This document shows positions 49,005 through 58,039 of a DNA stretch of 64,000 bases, one piece after another. The notes under the pieces are model-generated. The model was not told the origin of the DNA and ran no database searches. It worked only from the letters and a program-made list of their open reading frames with translations. Origin of the DNA: a virus (lineage: Duplodnaviria; Caudoviricetes); IMG/VR virus record IMGVR_UViG_3300017722_003538, positions 29,071 to 93,070 of that record; one strand, written 5' to 3'. The position numbers and the translations under genes are program-made. Each line of letters opens with the position of its first letter. Position 1 is the first letter of the stretch.

Positions 49005-49982
49005 ATGAGCAATATCTTCGAAAAAAGGGTAAATATTTTACCTTACGAATACCCTTCGCTATTAGCATACAAAGATGCAATCCGACACTCGTACTGGATT
49101 CACACAGAATTTAACTTTACAACAGATATTGATGACTTTATGACTAAAGTAACAGAATCAGAGCGTGAAGTAATTAAAAGATCGATGCTTGCAATCGCAC
49201 AAATCGAGGTTAACGTTAAAACATTTTGGGCGGATCTTTATAAAAGAATGCCAATCACTGAAATTGGAGATGTTGGAATGACATTTGCTGAAAGTGAAGT
49301 GAGACACAAAGACGCTTACGCACAATTATTAAGAGTCCTAGGATTAGAAGACGAATTCCAACATGTAGTAGAGATTCCAGCAATTAAAGATAGAATTGCA
49401 TACTTAAGTAAGTATTTGGACGGTACAAGAAGTAAGGACAATAAAATGTATACAAAATCCGTATTGCTATTTTCATTGTTTATAGAACATGTTAGTCTAT
49501 TTAGCCAATTCTTTATTATGATGTCTTTTAACAAAGAGAAAAACCTATTTAAGGGTATTTCAAATGTAGTTGAGGCGACAAGTAAAGAGGAGGAAATCCA
49601 CGGAAACTTCGGATCTGAGCTAATCAACATTATTAAGAGAGAAAATCCAGAATGGTTTGATGAGGAATTCGAACAACTTATAGATTCTGCCTGTAAAAAA
49701 GCATACCTAGCAGAGGTTAAAATTCTTGATTGGATTTTTGAAAAGGGTGAACTTGATTTCCTATCAAAAGAAACTATCAAACAATTTATTCAAAATCGTT
49801 TTAATAATTCTCTACAACGAATTGGAATGAAACCTGTATTTGATGTTGATTTTACAGAAATTGAAAAATCTTTATGGTTTGATGTTGAGATTCTTTCAAC
49901 AAAAGAAGGTGATTTCTTCTACAAAAAATCAATTGACTACAACAAAAAGTCTAAGGCAATCACCGAAGACGACTTATTTTAA
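49005..49982 (+). CDS. nrdB: Ribonucleotide reductase class I beta subunit
   Basis: ESEVRHKDAY, EHVSLFSQF, EEEIHG iron-ligand motifs; DFF C-terminus. Confidence 0.93.
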   Translation: MSNIFEKRVNILPYEYPSLLAYKDAIRHSYWIHTEFNFTTDIDDFMTKVTESEREVIKRSMLAIAQIEVNVKTFWADLYKRMPITEIGDVGMTFAESEVRHKDAYAQLLRVLGLEDEFQHVVEIPAIKDRIAYLSKYLDGTRSKDNKMYTKSVLLFSLFIEHVSLFSQFFIMMSFNKEKNLFKGISNVVEATSKEEEIHGNFGSELINIIKRENPEWFDEEFEQLIDSACKKAYLAEVKILDWIFEKGELDFLSKETIKQFIQNRFNNSLQRIGMKPVFDVDFTEIEKSLWFDVEILSTKEGDFFYKKSIDYNKKSKAITEDDLF

Positions 49983-50004
49983 TTTTAAAAACAAAGAATA
50001 CAGA

Positions 50005-51630
50005 ATGGAATATGAAAAGAATTACTGGCTTAACGAAGACAGTAGAACATTTTTATCTAGAGGTTATATTACTGAATCTCCAGAGCAGCGAATTAAAGAT
50101 GTAGCAAACACAGCAGAAAGATACTTAAAAATCGAAGGGTTTGCAAAAAAGTTTGAGGACTATATGGGTAGAGGATTCTATAGTTTATCAACTCCAGTTT
50201 GGATTAATTTTGGAAAAGACAAAGGACTTCCGGTTAGTTGTTATGGAAGTAATGTAGATGATACACTAGATAGTATCTTAAATGGTAGTAGAGAGGTTGG
50301 AATGATGTCAAAATACGGAGGAGGAACTTCGGCATTTTTAGGAAATATTAGAGCAAGAGGTTCTAAAATTTCGACAGGTGGAACTGCAGATGGTCCAGTA
50401 CATTATGCCAGATTATATGATACAACAGTTGATGTATGTAAACAATCAGAGGCCAGAAGAGGAGCATGCGCAGTTTGGTTACCAGTTGAACACAATGACA
50501 TTTTAGAATTTTTAGATATTGGAACCGATGGTAATCCAATTCAAAACCTACAATATGGAGTTACCGTTACCGATGCTTGGATCGCTGATATGAAGGCAGG
50601 AGACGCAGACAAACGTAAAATTTGGGCTAAAATAATTCAAAGACGTAATGAGTTTGGTTTTCCTTACATTATGTTTAAAGATAATACCAACAACAATTCA
50701 CCGTATAAAGAGTTAGGTTTGGAAATCACTGCAAGTAACCTTTGTAGTGAAATTCAATTACCAACAGATAGTTTTAATTCATTTGTTTGTTGTTTAGGTT
50801 CTATTAATTTATTACATTGGGACGAAATTAAAGAGACTGATGCAATTGAAGTTTATACAATGTTCTTAAATGCAGTTATGGACGAATTCGTTAATAAGTC
50901 TTATAATATGCCTGGAATGAAAAGAGCATGGAGATTTGCAAATGACCACAGAGCACTGGGTCTTGGAGTATTGGGTTACCATTCATTATTTCAGGCTAAA
51001 TTAATTACATTTGATTCTCTTCAAGCAAAACAATTAAATCACGAAATCTTCTCAACTCTTAAAGAAAAGAGCGAAGAGGCTTCAAGATGGTTGCACGATG
51101 AGAAAGGTTACCGTTCAATCCGACCAGGATATGCTAACACTACCCTAGTTGCGATTGCTCCAACCAAAAGTAGTTCATTTATCCTAGGACAGGTAAGTAT
51201 GGGAATTGAACCAATCAAATCTAATTATTTTATTAAGGATTTGGCTAAGTCAAAAACAATTTACAAAAATCCTTTCTTAATTCAAGAGTTAGACAAATAT
51301 GGTTTAAATACACCAGACGTTTGGGAAGGAATATTAAAACGTGACGGAAGCGTACAACATTTAGACTTTCCAACTAAAGAGGTTTTTAAATCTTTTGTTG
51401 AAATCTCTCCAAAAGAAATAGTACTACAAGCGGCTCAAAGACAACATTTTATTGACCAATCACAGTCACTAAATTTAATGATACATCCATCAGTTTCGGC
51501 TAAGGATATTAATACACTATACCTTTACGCTCATGAGGAAGGGGTTAAAACTCTATACTATCAATTTAGTCAAAGTTCAGCCCAGTCTTTTGCAAGAGAC
51601 ATTCTTGAATGCTCAAGCTGCGAGGCATAA
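50005..51630 (+). CDS. nrdA: Ribonucleotide reductase class I alpha subunit without ATP cone; start reassigned from 49840
   Basis: LPVSC, GGGTS, SNLCSEI, CCLGS, APTKSSS, KTLYY, C-terminal CSSC; ATG 50005 follows the nrdB stop. Confidence 0.93.
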   Translation: MEYEKNYWLNEDSRTFLSRGYITESPEQRIKDVANTAERYLKIEGFAKKFEDYMGRGFYSLSTPVWINFGKDKGLPVSCYGSNVDDTLDSILNGSREVGMMSKYGGGTSAFLGNIRARGSKISTGGTADGPVHYARLYDTTVDVCKQSEARRGACAVWLPVEHNDILEFLDIGTDGNPIQNLQYGVTVTDAWIADMKAGDADKRKIWAKIIQRRNEFGFPYIMFKDNTNNNSPYKELGLEITASNLCSEIQLPTDSFNSFVCCLGSINLLHWDEIKETDAIEVYTMFLNAVMDEFVNKSYNMPGMKRAWRFANDHRALGLGVLGYHSLFQAKLITFDSLQAKQLNHEIFSTLKEKSEEASRWLHDEKGYRSIRPGYANTTLVAIAPTKSSSFILGQVSMGIEPIKSNYFIKDLAKSKTIYKNPFLIQELDKYGLNTPDVWEGILKRDGSVQHLDFPTKEVFKSFVEISPKEIVLQAAQRQHFIDQSQSLNLMIHPSVSAKDINTLYLYAHEEGVKTLYYQFSQSSAQSFARDILECSSCEA

Positions 51631-51690
51631 GGAACCGGCAATCTGAAACATGATTGCATTTTAGGACCGGGACTAGTTCACGGAGGTGTT

Positions 51691-51721
51691 AAGCAGGGAA
51701 TTCGCTACTCCCTGCTTTTTT
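51691..51721 (+). terminator. Rho-independent terminator
   Basis: aagcaggga/tccctgctt stem plus T-run. Confidence 0.8.
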
Positions 51722-51737
51722 ATGTTTAAAAACTAAG

Positions 51738-51749
51738 GATATATAAATA
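51738..51749 (+). promoter_or_regulatory. Putative late promoter GATATATAAATA
   Basis: Contains both GATATATAA and TATAAATA. Confidence 0.6.
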
Positions 51750-51768
51750 AAATAAAAATCTTTTGCAA

Positions 51769-52860
51769 ATGATTCCAATCAGGCTTTTCGAAGAATTCGT
51801 ATACAAAGAAAATCTTAAAAACAAATATGCTAAAAAAGTAGCATGGATTATGATGTCTAATGACATTCAAGCAACTTCAGGAGATGTTAATGATCGCGAA
51901 AAGAAATATAATATTTCCGCTAAAGGTAATCTATTCCTGAACTATGCAACAAAAGAGGACTTCGAAGACAAGAAAGTTGTGGTACCTTCTGATGTGCCAA
52001 TACTTTATTATGGTGGTTTTGGAGGACCAAATCACCCTGAAGCCGTTGCATTTTTAAAGAATAAAGGTATCAACAATGATAATTTATACAATAAAAGAGA
52101 ATTGCTTCAACTTTCAGGAGACAAGGTAAAATTTGCCAAAGCAGCTGCAAAATTTGATTGGCTTCCAAAGACGTGTTTTTCAAAAGAGGGTGCGGTTAAA
52201 GGAGACGTTGGTTTTCCAGTAATTGCAAAAATAAAAGATGGACATAGTGGAGTTGGAATTCAAAAATTCGACACTGCTAAGGAACTAGAAGAGAGCAAAG
52301 ATACATTCGATATCTTTTGTCAATTTATAGATTTTGCTAGAGAATACAGAGTAATGTTTTGTAGAGACAAGATTTTTGTTATCAATGAAAGAGTACCAAG
52401 AATTGAAGATGACCGTTCGATTAAAACTAAAACTGCCGATGAAAAAATCAGTTTTACTTATGTTTATCAAGACAGAAAGAAAGTTGACCCTAAATTTATT
52501 GAAAATGTGCTATCAATTTGTAAAGACGTTAAAACATTCCTGGACCTAGACTTATGGGCCCTAGATATTGTTGTAGACAAAAAAGGAAAAATGTGGATTA
52601 TGGAAACATCATCTGCTACCGGACTTGGAAGCGTTAAAATGTGCGAAGTTTATAAGGCAATGTACGAAGATTTTTATGGAGAACCCTTAAACGATGAATT
52701 CTTAGAGGAAATTTACCTAAAATATGTAGTTCCTGGACATCAGAATTACTACCCAAAATTTAAAAAAGAAATCGATTCGTCTCAATGGCCAATGGATTAC
52801 AAGATATTGACAGATCCAAAGGCAAAAGATGGATATCGATATTTTTTCAATTTAGACTAA
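51769..52860 (+). CDS. ATP-grasp ligase (RimK-like) with CTS-like leader
   Basis: DK, FPVIAK...GHSGVGI, QFI...EYRV, ALDIV...WIMETSS; N-terminus MIPIRLFEEFVYKE. Confidence 0.75.
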   Translation: MIPIRLFEEFVYKENLKNKYAKKVAWIMMSNDIQATSGDVNDREKKYNISAKGNLFLNYATKEDFEDKKVVVPSDVPILYYGGFGGPNHPEAVAFLKNKGINNDNLYNKRELLQLSGDKVKFAKAAAKFDWLPKTCFSKEGAVKGDVGFPVIAKIKDGHSGVGIQKFDTAKELEESKDTFDIFCQFIDFAREYRVMFCRDKIFVINERVPRIEDDRSIKTKTADEKISFTYVYQDRKKVDPKFIENVLSICKDVKTFLDLDLWALDIVVDKKGKMWIMETSSATGLGSVKMCEVYKAMYEDFYGEPLNDEFLEEIYLKYVVPGHQNYYPKFKKEIDSSQWPMDYKILTDPKAKDGYRYFFNLD

Positions 52861-52861
52861 T

Positions 52862-53920
52862 ATGAAAACAGGAATTTTTAAAACATCGCTAAAGGAAAAC
52901 GAAAAACGTATTCCAATCCATCCAGCCCATATTGAAAGACTATCTAGAGACATTATCAAAGAACTCCTTTTTGAAGAGGGATATGGAATCGACTACGGAT
53001 ATTCAGACAATCAACTTGAACAAATAGGTTGTAATTTTGCCAGTCGTGAGGATCTTTTTAAAGAGTGTAGCATAATTATACTACCAAAGCCCGTTGCCGA
53101 AGACCTAAAACAAATGCAAGATGGTGCAACATTATGTGGTTGGACCCATGCAGTTCAACAACGAGACATTACAGATATTGCAATCGAAAAGAAATTAACA
53201 TTGATTGCTTGGGAAGAGATGAATTACATTAGTAAAAGCTCAAAATTGCATTCATTCTATCGTAACAATGAATTAGCCGGATATGCTGGAGTTATTCATT
53301 ACCTACAATTAGCAGGTCTTGATGGACATTATGGTGACCGCAAGAAGGTTGTTATTTTTGGATTTGGTTCTGTAAGTAAAGGAGCAATCTATGCCCTACA
53401 AGGTAGAGGGTTTAACAACATTGTAGTTTACACACAGCGACCAACGCACTTGGTAGCAGACAAAAATCCAGATGTTTGGTACAAAAACTTTAACGATGAT
53501 GATATTTGGGAAGACATGTACTCTGCCAATATAATATTTAATGGAGTCCTACAGGACGTAAATAATCCAATAATGTTTATTCGTGATAAGGACCAATTGG
53601 CTCAATTACGTAGAAATTGTGCAATCATCGATATTAGTTGTGACAAGGGAATGGGATTCTATTTTGCCGAACCTACAACATTTGAAAATCCAATTATCAA
53701 ACTGGACAGGGGAGTACAATATTATTCAGTCGATCATACTCCAACATACCTATGGAATGCTGCATCTAGAGAAATCTCTGCCGCATTGGTTCCACACTTA
53801 GAAACTATAATCGACCCATCTAAATGGGAAGGTAATCCGGTAGTTAATTGCGCTATCGATATTGCATGTGGAACTATTATTAATCAAAACATAAACAAAT
53901 TTCAAAAAAGAAATATATAA
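52862..53920 (+). CDS. ceo: N5-(carboxyethyl)ornithine synthase (AlaDH/PNT family)
   Basis: KENEKRIPIHP, GWTHAVQ, IAWEEM, FYRNNELAGYAGV, GFGSVSKG, IDISCD, VDHTPTYLWNAASREIS. Confidence 0.85.
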   Translation: MKTGIFKTSLKENEKRIPIHPAHIERLSRDIIKELLFEEGYGIDYGYSDNQLEQIGCNFASREDLFKECSIIILPKPVAEDLKQMQDGATLCGWTHAVQQRDITDIAIEKKLTLIAWEEMNYISKSSKLHSFYRNNELAGYAGVIHYLQLAGLDGHYGDRKKVVIFGFGSVSKGAIYALQGRGFNNIVVYTQRPTHLVADKNPDVWYKNFNDDDIWEDMYSANIIFNGVLQDVNNPIMFIRDKDQLAQLRRNCAIIDISCDKGMGFYFAEPTTFENPIIKLDRGVQYYSVDHTPTYLWNAASREISAALVPHLETIIDPSKWEGNPVVNCAIDIACGTIINQNINKFQKRNI

Positions 53921-53945
53921 ATAAAATAAAAATAATAAATACACA

Positions 53946-54146
53946 ATGAAAAAAATTCAAACATTTGAAAGCTTTATTAATGAGGCATCAAAAAGTCACA
54001 AGCACAATATAGGTGATTATGTTAAATTTAATAATGACAAAGCTAGAATCGAAAATGTCTATCATGCTAGTAATGGAAAACCTATGTACACTATAGGTAG
54101 TTCTAAATACGGAACCATCGATATTGAAGCGGAAGACGTCGATTAA
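53946..54146 (+). CDS. CTS-leader small SH3/KOW-like protein
   Basis: MKKIQTFESFINE leader; IGDYVKF...ARIENV...MYTI; AATATATAAATA upstream. Confidence 0.65.
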   Translation: MKKIQTFESFINEASKSHKHNIGDYVKFNNDKARIENVYHASNGKPMYTIGSSKYGTIDIEAEDVD

Positions 54147-54156
54147 TAATTAACCA

Positions 54157-54329
54157 CTCCTCAGGATAGAATCGGAGACGTAAGATAAAAATATAATTTC
54201 ACAAAGTGGAACCTGATCCAAATTGCCTGCCCTTTTTTATTGGTATGATTGGACTATTTTTTATAGTCATGGTCTTTGACGAATTTAAAAAACATTAAAC
54301 AAGAACCCCTCCTCAGGATAGAATCGGAG
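54157..54329 (+). repeat. 21-bp exact direct repeat CTCCTCAGGATAGAATCGGAG (54157-54177 and 54309-54329)
   Basis: Identical copies, each able to fold CTCC/GGAG with inner GAT/ATC. Confidence 0.85.
54206..54298 (+). CDS. Putative 30-aa single-TM peptide
   Basis: GTG start; MEPDPNCLPFFIGMIGLFFIVMVFDEFKKH; below the ORF-track cutoff. Confidence 0.4.
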   Translation: MEPDPNCLPFFIGMIGLFFIVMVFDEFKKH

Positions 54330-54348
54330 GACCGACTCATAAGAGTTT

Positions 54349-54375
54349 AACCTGTCAGTAATGACAGGTTTTTTT
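54349..54375 (+). terminator. Rho-independent terminator
   Basis: aacctgtca/tgacaggtt stem plus T-run. Confidence 0.75.
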
Positions 54376-54378
54376 ATG

Positions 54379-54407
54379 TGAAACAAAACCACTTTTTTGT
54401 CTATAAT
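54379..54407 (+). promoter_or_regulatory. Putative promoter TGAAAC-N17-TATAAT
   Basis: Conserved motif and spacing. Confidence 0.65.
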
Positions 54408-54431
54408 ATTAAAATAATTTAAACAATAAAT

Positions 54432-55187
54432 ATGAAAATTAAAATTGACAAAGTAGACCAAAACAATTTCATCGGTTTTGTGAATAGACTTAAGGTTATC
54501 GATACCTTCATCTACTTTAAAATCAAGGATGAAGTGGTACAGGCATCCGCCTATCTTCCACAAAGAGATGCTGTTAAACATCACAGAGTTCCTGTGTCAC
54601 AGGTATTCCAATTGGAAGATGGTGCTATTAACACATCAAAAGAATTAAAAATTGCATTCTTTGATGCGGGTCGTTTAACTGACGCATTTAAACAATTTGA
54701 ATTTGGAAATATCCAAGCTGAAATTGAATTCGTAGAAAATGACGAGGATTTTGTAGCAACTGAATTCCGTATTTTCAACAACGAATTAGAGATTAAACTT
54801 GCATGTTCCGAGCCTTCATTAGGTTATAAAGACCTTACAGATGCTCAAATTGCCGGAATCTTTAACATTGACGCAGCAAACTATGTATTTGACATGGACT
54901 ACACTGCAACTTCAAAAGTTCGTTCTCTTTTCGGACTGGACAAAGAAGAAACTTTTACTATCGCAACTAACAAAGAAGGTGTACGAATGAAAGGTAAAAC
55001 TTACAACTACCTAGTTACTGACTCATTCCAAGGTAACAATCCTGGAAATGTAACTCTTTTCAAAAAATATTTAAACCTTTTAGACAAAGAAGATTATTCA
55101 GCGAATGTTATGGATAACCGAGTAGTTTTACGCTCAAAAGATTCAGAAACATTACTAACTATAGCTACTTGCCAAACTGCTGAATAA
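54432..55187 (+). CDS. Putative sliding clamp (gp45-like)
   Basis: 251 aa acidic alpha/beta pattern, directly upstream of the polymerase C-terminal subunit; no diagnostic motif. Confidence 0.45.
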   Translation: MKIKIDKVDQNNFIGFVNRLKVIDTFIYFKIKDEVVQASAYLPQRDAVKHHRVPVSQVFQLEDGAINTSKELKIAFFDAGRLTDAFKQFEFGNIQAEIEFVENDEDFVATEFRIFNNELEIKLACSEPSLGYKDLTDAQIAGIFNIDAANYVFDMDYTATSKVRSLFGLDKEETFTIATNKEGVRMKGKTYNYLVTDSFQGNNPGNVTLFKKYLNLLDKEDYSANVMDNRVVLRSKDSETLLTIATCQTAE

Positions 55188-55190
55188 TTT

Positions 55191-56387
55191 ATGACAATCG
55201 AAGAATTAATACTAAAACCAGAAGGTGAGTTATCGCAAGATGAAATTAAAATATTGGTTGAGCATTATTCTATGTTGTCAGCAAAGTTCGGAGCCTATGA
55301 GCAAGCCGTAAAAGTAATGCTTAACTCGATCTACGGCGCCTTCGGTAACAAATGGTTTCACTTTTTTAATATAGACATCGCAGAATCGATCACATTACAA
55401 GGTCAATCTGCGATTCTATATTCTGAGAAGATACTAAATAAGTATTTTCAAGAGTTCTGGACCAAGGATCGGGCAGTTCATGAGTTTTTTAACATTCAAG
55501 TTAAAAATAAACTTGTGCGACCTTCCGTAGTTTATATCGATACAGATTCTTGTTATGTTCAGTTTGAAGAGATGTATGAATCTATCGAATGGCTTAGAGA
55601 CAAGGTATCGATTGACCAATTCATTATGAAATTGTATAACTTCAGACTTAAAGATTATATTTTTAAGTGTATGGAGAAATATGCCGAAGCCACTAATACT
55701 GAAAACTTCCTCCAGTTTGAATTGGAAACAATTGCATACTCTGGGATTTGGTTAGCTAAGAAAAAATACTTGCAGAATATTGCATGGGAAGACAAGATTG
55801 GAATCGAAGAACGTTATCCATCTCTTAAGAAGGTTAAAACTATCGGATTTGATACGATTCAAAGTTCAACACCAGCACTTGCAAGAAAGCAGTTGACTGA
55901 GATTCTTAAACTGATTCTTTCAGAAAAACCTACCGCTTCCTTATTGAAAAGACTTGTAGACTATTTGAAACAATGTAAAAAAGAATTTCAATTAGCAAGT
56001 GTTGATGAGATATGTTTTAATAAAAGAACAAACAATCTTGAAAAATATATCGTAGATGATACCGTAGAATTTCAATATGGTTTAAAATGTCCGCCAAACG
56101 TAAAAGCCGCAGGTTTTTATAATTTCTTAATGAATCAAAATCCAAAGTTCAAGAACAAGTACAAGATGATTGGTAATGGTGAAAAGTTAAAATTGTACCA
56201 CTGTAAACATGCGACTTGCGAGATATTTGCATACCAACCTGGAGCTCACCCTTATGAAATTGCACCGACAGTTGACTATGAAATGCAATTTGAAAAGAGC
56301 GTTATAGACCCATTGAACCGGGTTCTAACCGCAGTTGGACTACACACATTAAATAGAAACTTAATTTATTCAACCTCATTATTTTAA
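55191..56387 (+). CDS. gp43: Family B DNA polymerase, C-terminal subunit (motifs B and C, thumb)
   Basis: KVMLNSIYGAFG, AESITLQGQ, YIDTDS, AKKKY, SSTP, QFEKS, C-terminal SLF clamp-binding-like tail. Confidence 0.93.
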   Translation: MTIEELILKPEGELSQDEIKILVEHYSMLSAKFGAYEQAVKVMLNSIYGAFGNKWFHFFNIDIAESITLQGQSAILYSEKILNKYFQEFWTKDRAVHEFFNIQVKNKLVRPSVVYIDTDSCYVQFEEMYESIEWLRDKVSIDQFIMKLYNFRLKDYIFKCMEKYAEATNTENFLQFELETIAYSGIWLAKKKYLQNIAWEDKIGIEERYPSLKKVKTIGFDTIQSSTPALARKQLTEILKLILSEKPTASLLKRLVDYLKQCKKEFQLASVDEICFNKRTNNLEKYIVDDTVEFQYGLKCPPNVKAAGFYNFLMNQNPKFKNKYKMIGNGEKLKLYHCKHATCEIFAYQPGAHPYEIAPTVDYEMQFEKSVIDPLNRVLTAVGLHTLNRNLIYSTSLF

Positions 56388-56389
56388 AC

Positions 56390-56581
56390 ATGGACATAAA
56401 TATCGATGACTTAACCCCAGACCAAAAAGAATATGTCAATCATTATAAAAGAATCAACACTCGACTTGAGGCTCTTATGACACAAATGGCAGTAATACAA
56501 AACGAAACCCAAGGGCTAATAGAGGAACTTGAAGACCTTAGAAAAAAAGAAATAAAACAATACAAAAATGGCAAAAAATAA
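56390..56581 (+). CDS. Small coiled-coil hypothetical protein
   Basis: 63 aa, coupled between pol and uvsX. Confidence 0.6.
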   Translation: MDINIDDLTPDQKEYVNHYKRINTRLEALMTQMAVIQNETQGLIEELEDLRKKEIKQYKNGKK

Positions 56582-57686
56582 ATTTACATTTGACGACTTA
56601 AATGCAGAACTTGCGGGATTAAATCCATTAGGTTCTGTTATGGACAAATCAGACTTCTCTGAAGTTACTGAATGGATTCATACCGGAAACTATCACTTAA
56701 ATGCATGCCTATCTGGTAGTTTATTTGGTGGATGGCCTAACAACCGATCTTGTTCGATCGCTGGACCTTCAGGAACGGGTAAAACTTTCTTGACCTTGAA
56801 TTCAGTTCGAGAGGCAATTAACATGGGTTACTATGTAATCTATTATGATTCAGAAGCCGCAGTCGACAAAGACCAAATGTTGAAATTTGGTATTGATGTA
56901 ACTAAAGTAAACTACCAGCCTGTAAATACAGTGCAGGAGTTTAGAACTTCAGTAACTTCAATCACTCAAAAAATGCAAGAGGTTAAAAGAAAGGGTGGAG
57001 ACATTCAAAAGATTATGATTATCTTAGATAGTGCCGGTAACCTTGCAACTGCAAAAGAAATTGAAGATGCTGCGACTGGAAGCGAGAAAGCTGATATGAC
57101 ACGTTCTAAAATCTTAAAGTCAATCTTTAGAATTATTATGACCCCATTGGCTGACTTAAAGATTCCATTCTTATTTACAAATCACACTTACCAAACCCAA
57201 GACTTTATTTCACGACAAGTTGCTGGAGGTGGTACTGGACCTGAATACGCCGCTTCAATAGTTCTTATGTTAAATAAGGCACAATTGAAAGATGGAGCTG
57301 AAAAAGTTGGTATCATTGTAACCGCTAAGCCTGATAAGAATCGTTTTGCAAAACCTCACCCAATTAAATTCCATTTAGACTTTACTAAAGGTATGAATCC
57401 TTATGTTGGATTAGAACAATACGCAACATGGGATATTTGTGGAATTACCAGAGGTTCTATCGAGAAGGGTGTTAAAATTCCTAAAGCAACTGCAAGAGGA
57501 TGGATTTGTAAACATTTAGATGAGACTGTTTCAAACGCAGAATTCTTTACTGAAAAGGTTTTCACCCAAGAAGTATTGGAGAAAATCAATGAGTACATTA
57601 AACCACTTTTTAACTACAACACTTCGGCAGAAACTCTTGATAATGAAATTGGAGAGTTATTAAACGACGACTTACACATGGAATAA
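56568..57686 (+). CDS. uvsX: RecA-like recombinase UvsX
   Basis: TGNY.LNA.LSG, GPSGTGKT, YDSE, LDSAGNL, DMTR, NHTY, GGGTG..YAAS. Confidence 0.92.
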   Translation: MAKNKFTFDDLNAELAGLNPLGSVMDKSDFSEVTEWIHTGNYHLNACLSGSLFGGWPNNRSCSIAGPSGTGKTFLTLNSVREAINMGYYVIYYDSEAAVDKDQMLKFGIDVTKVNYQPVNTVQEFRTSVTSITQKMQEVKRKGGDIQKIMIILDSAGNLATAKEIEDAATGSEKADMTRSKILKSIFRIIMTPLADLKIPFLFTNHTYQTQDFISRQVAGGGTGPEYAASIVLMLNKAQLKDGAEKVGIIVTAKPDKNRFAKPHPIKFHLDFTKGMNPYVGLEQYATWDICGITRGSIEKGVKIPKATARGWICKHLDETVSNAEFFTEKVFTQEVLEKINEYIKPLFNYNTSAETLDNEIGELLNDDLHME

Positions 57687-57687
57687 T

Positions 57688-57999
57688 ATGGAAGTGAATC
57701 TTAATCGACTAGATGAAGACAAACTACCCATAAAATATATTTTAGGCATCCATGAACAACTAGAAAGTTTTCCGGATGCCTTCGATATTATACATGTTTA
57801 TGTTGTCGAAACTATGAAAAAACCAGACCGACCTCGTATCAATTTTACAAAACACTCATTGATGACATATCATGCATGCGGTAATATTGAAAACGCGGAG
57901 AAGGGTTTAAAACAAGCAATCGAACTTGGTTTAATTGAACAAACGCATTTCGAAGAGGGAAAAGAGGCCTACAAAATATTGATTAACCCTTTCCAATAA
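57688..57999 (+). CDS. Hypothetical protein (possible winged helix)
   Basis: EKGLKQAIELGLIEQ...YKI pattern. Confidence 0.5.
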   Translation: MEVNLNRLDEDKLPIKYILGIHEQLESFPDAFDIIHVYVVETMKKPDRPRINFTKHSLMTYHACGNIENAEKGLKQAIELGLIEQTHFEEGKEAYKILINPFQ

Positions 58000-58027
58000 G
58001 AAACTTTACCCCAAACAGGCTTATAAT
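58000..58027 (+). promoter_or_regulatory. Putative promoter GAAAC-N17-TATAAT
   Basis: Conserved motif and spacing upstream of the helicase. Confidence 0.6.
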
Positions 58028-58039
58028 CTAAAAAAATAT

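Noticed and set aside
49840-50004. N-terminal extension of NrdA given by the ORF track
   Set aside because: Overlaps nrdB by 143 nt in another frame; ATG 50005 has a typical A-rich context
54157-54329. Mini CRISPR array
   Set aside because: Only two 21-bp repeats with a 131-bp interval, and no cas genes in the window
48962-55190. Intron or split intein joining the polymerase halves
   Set aside because: The interval holds ordinary genes, promoters and terminators; no intein C/S...HN termini or homing endonuclease
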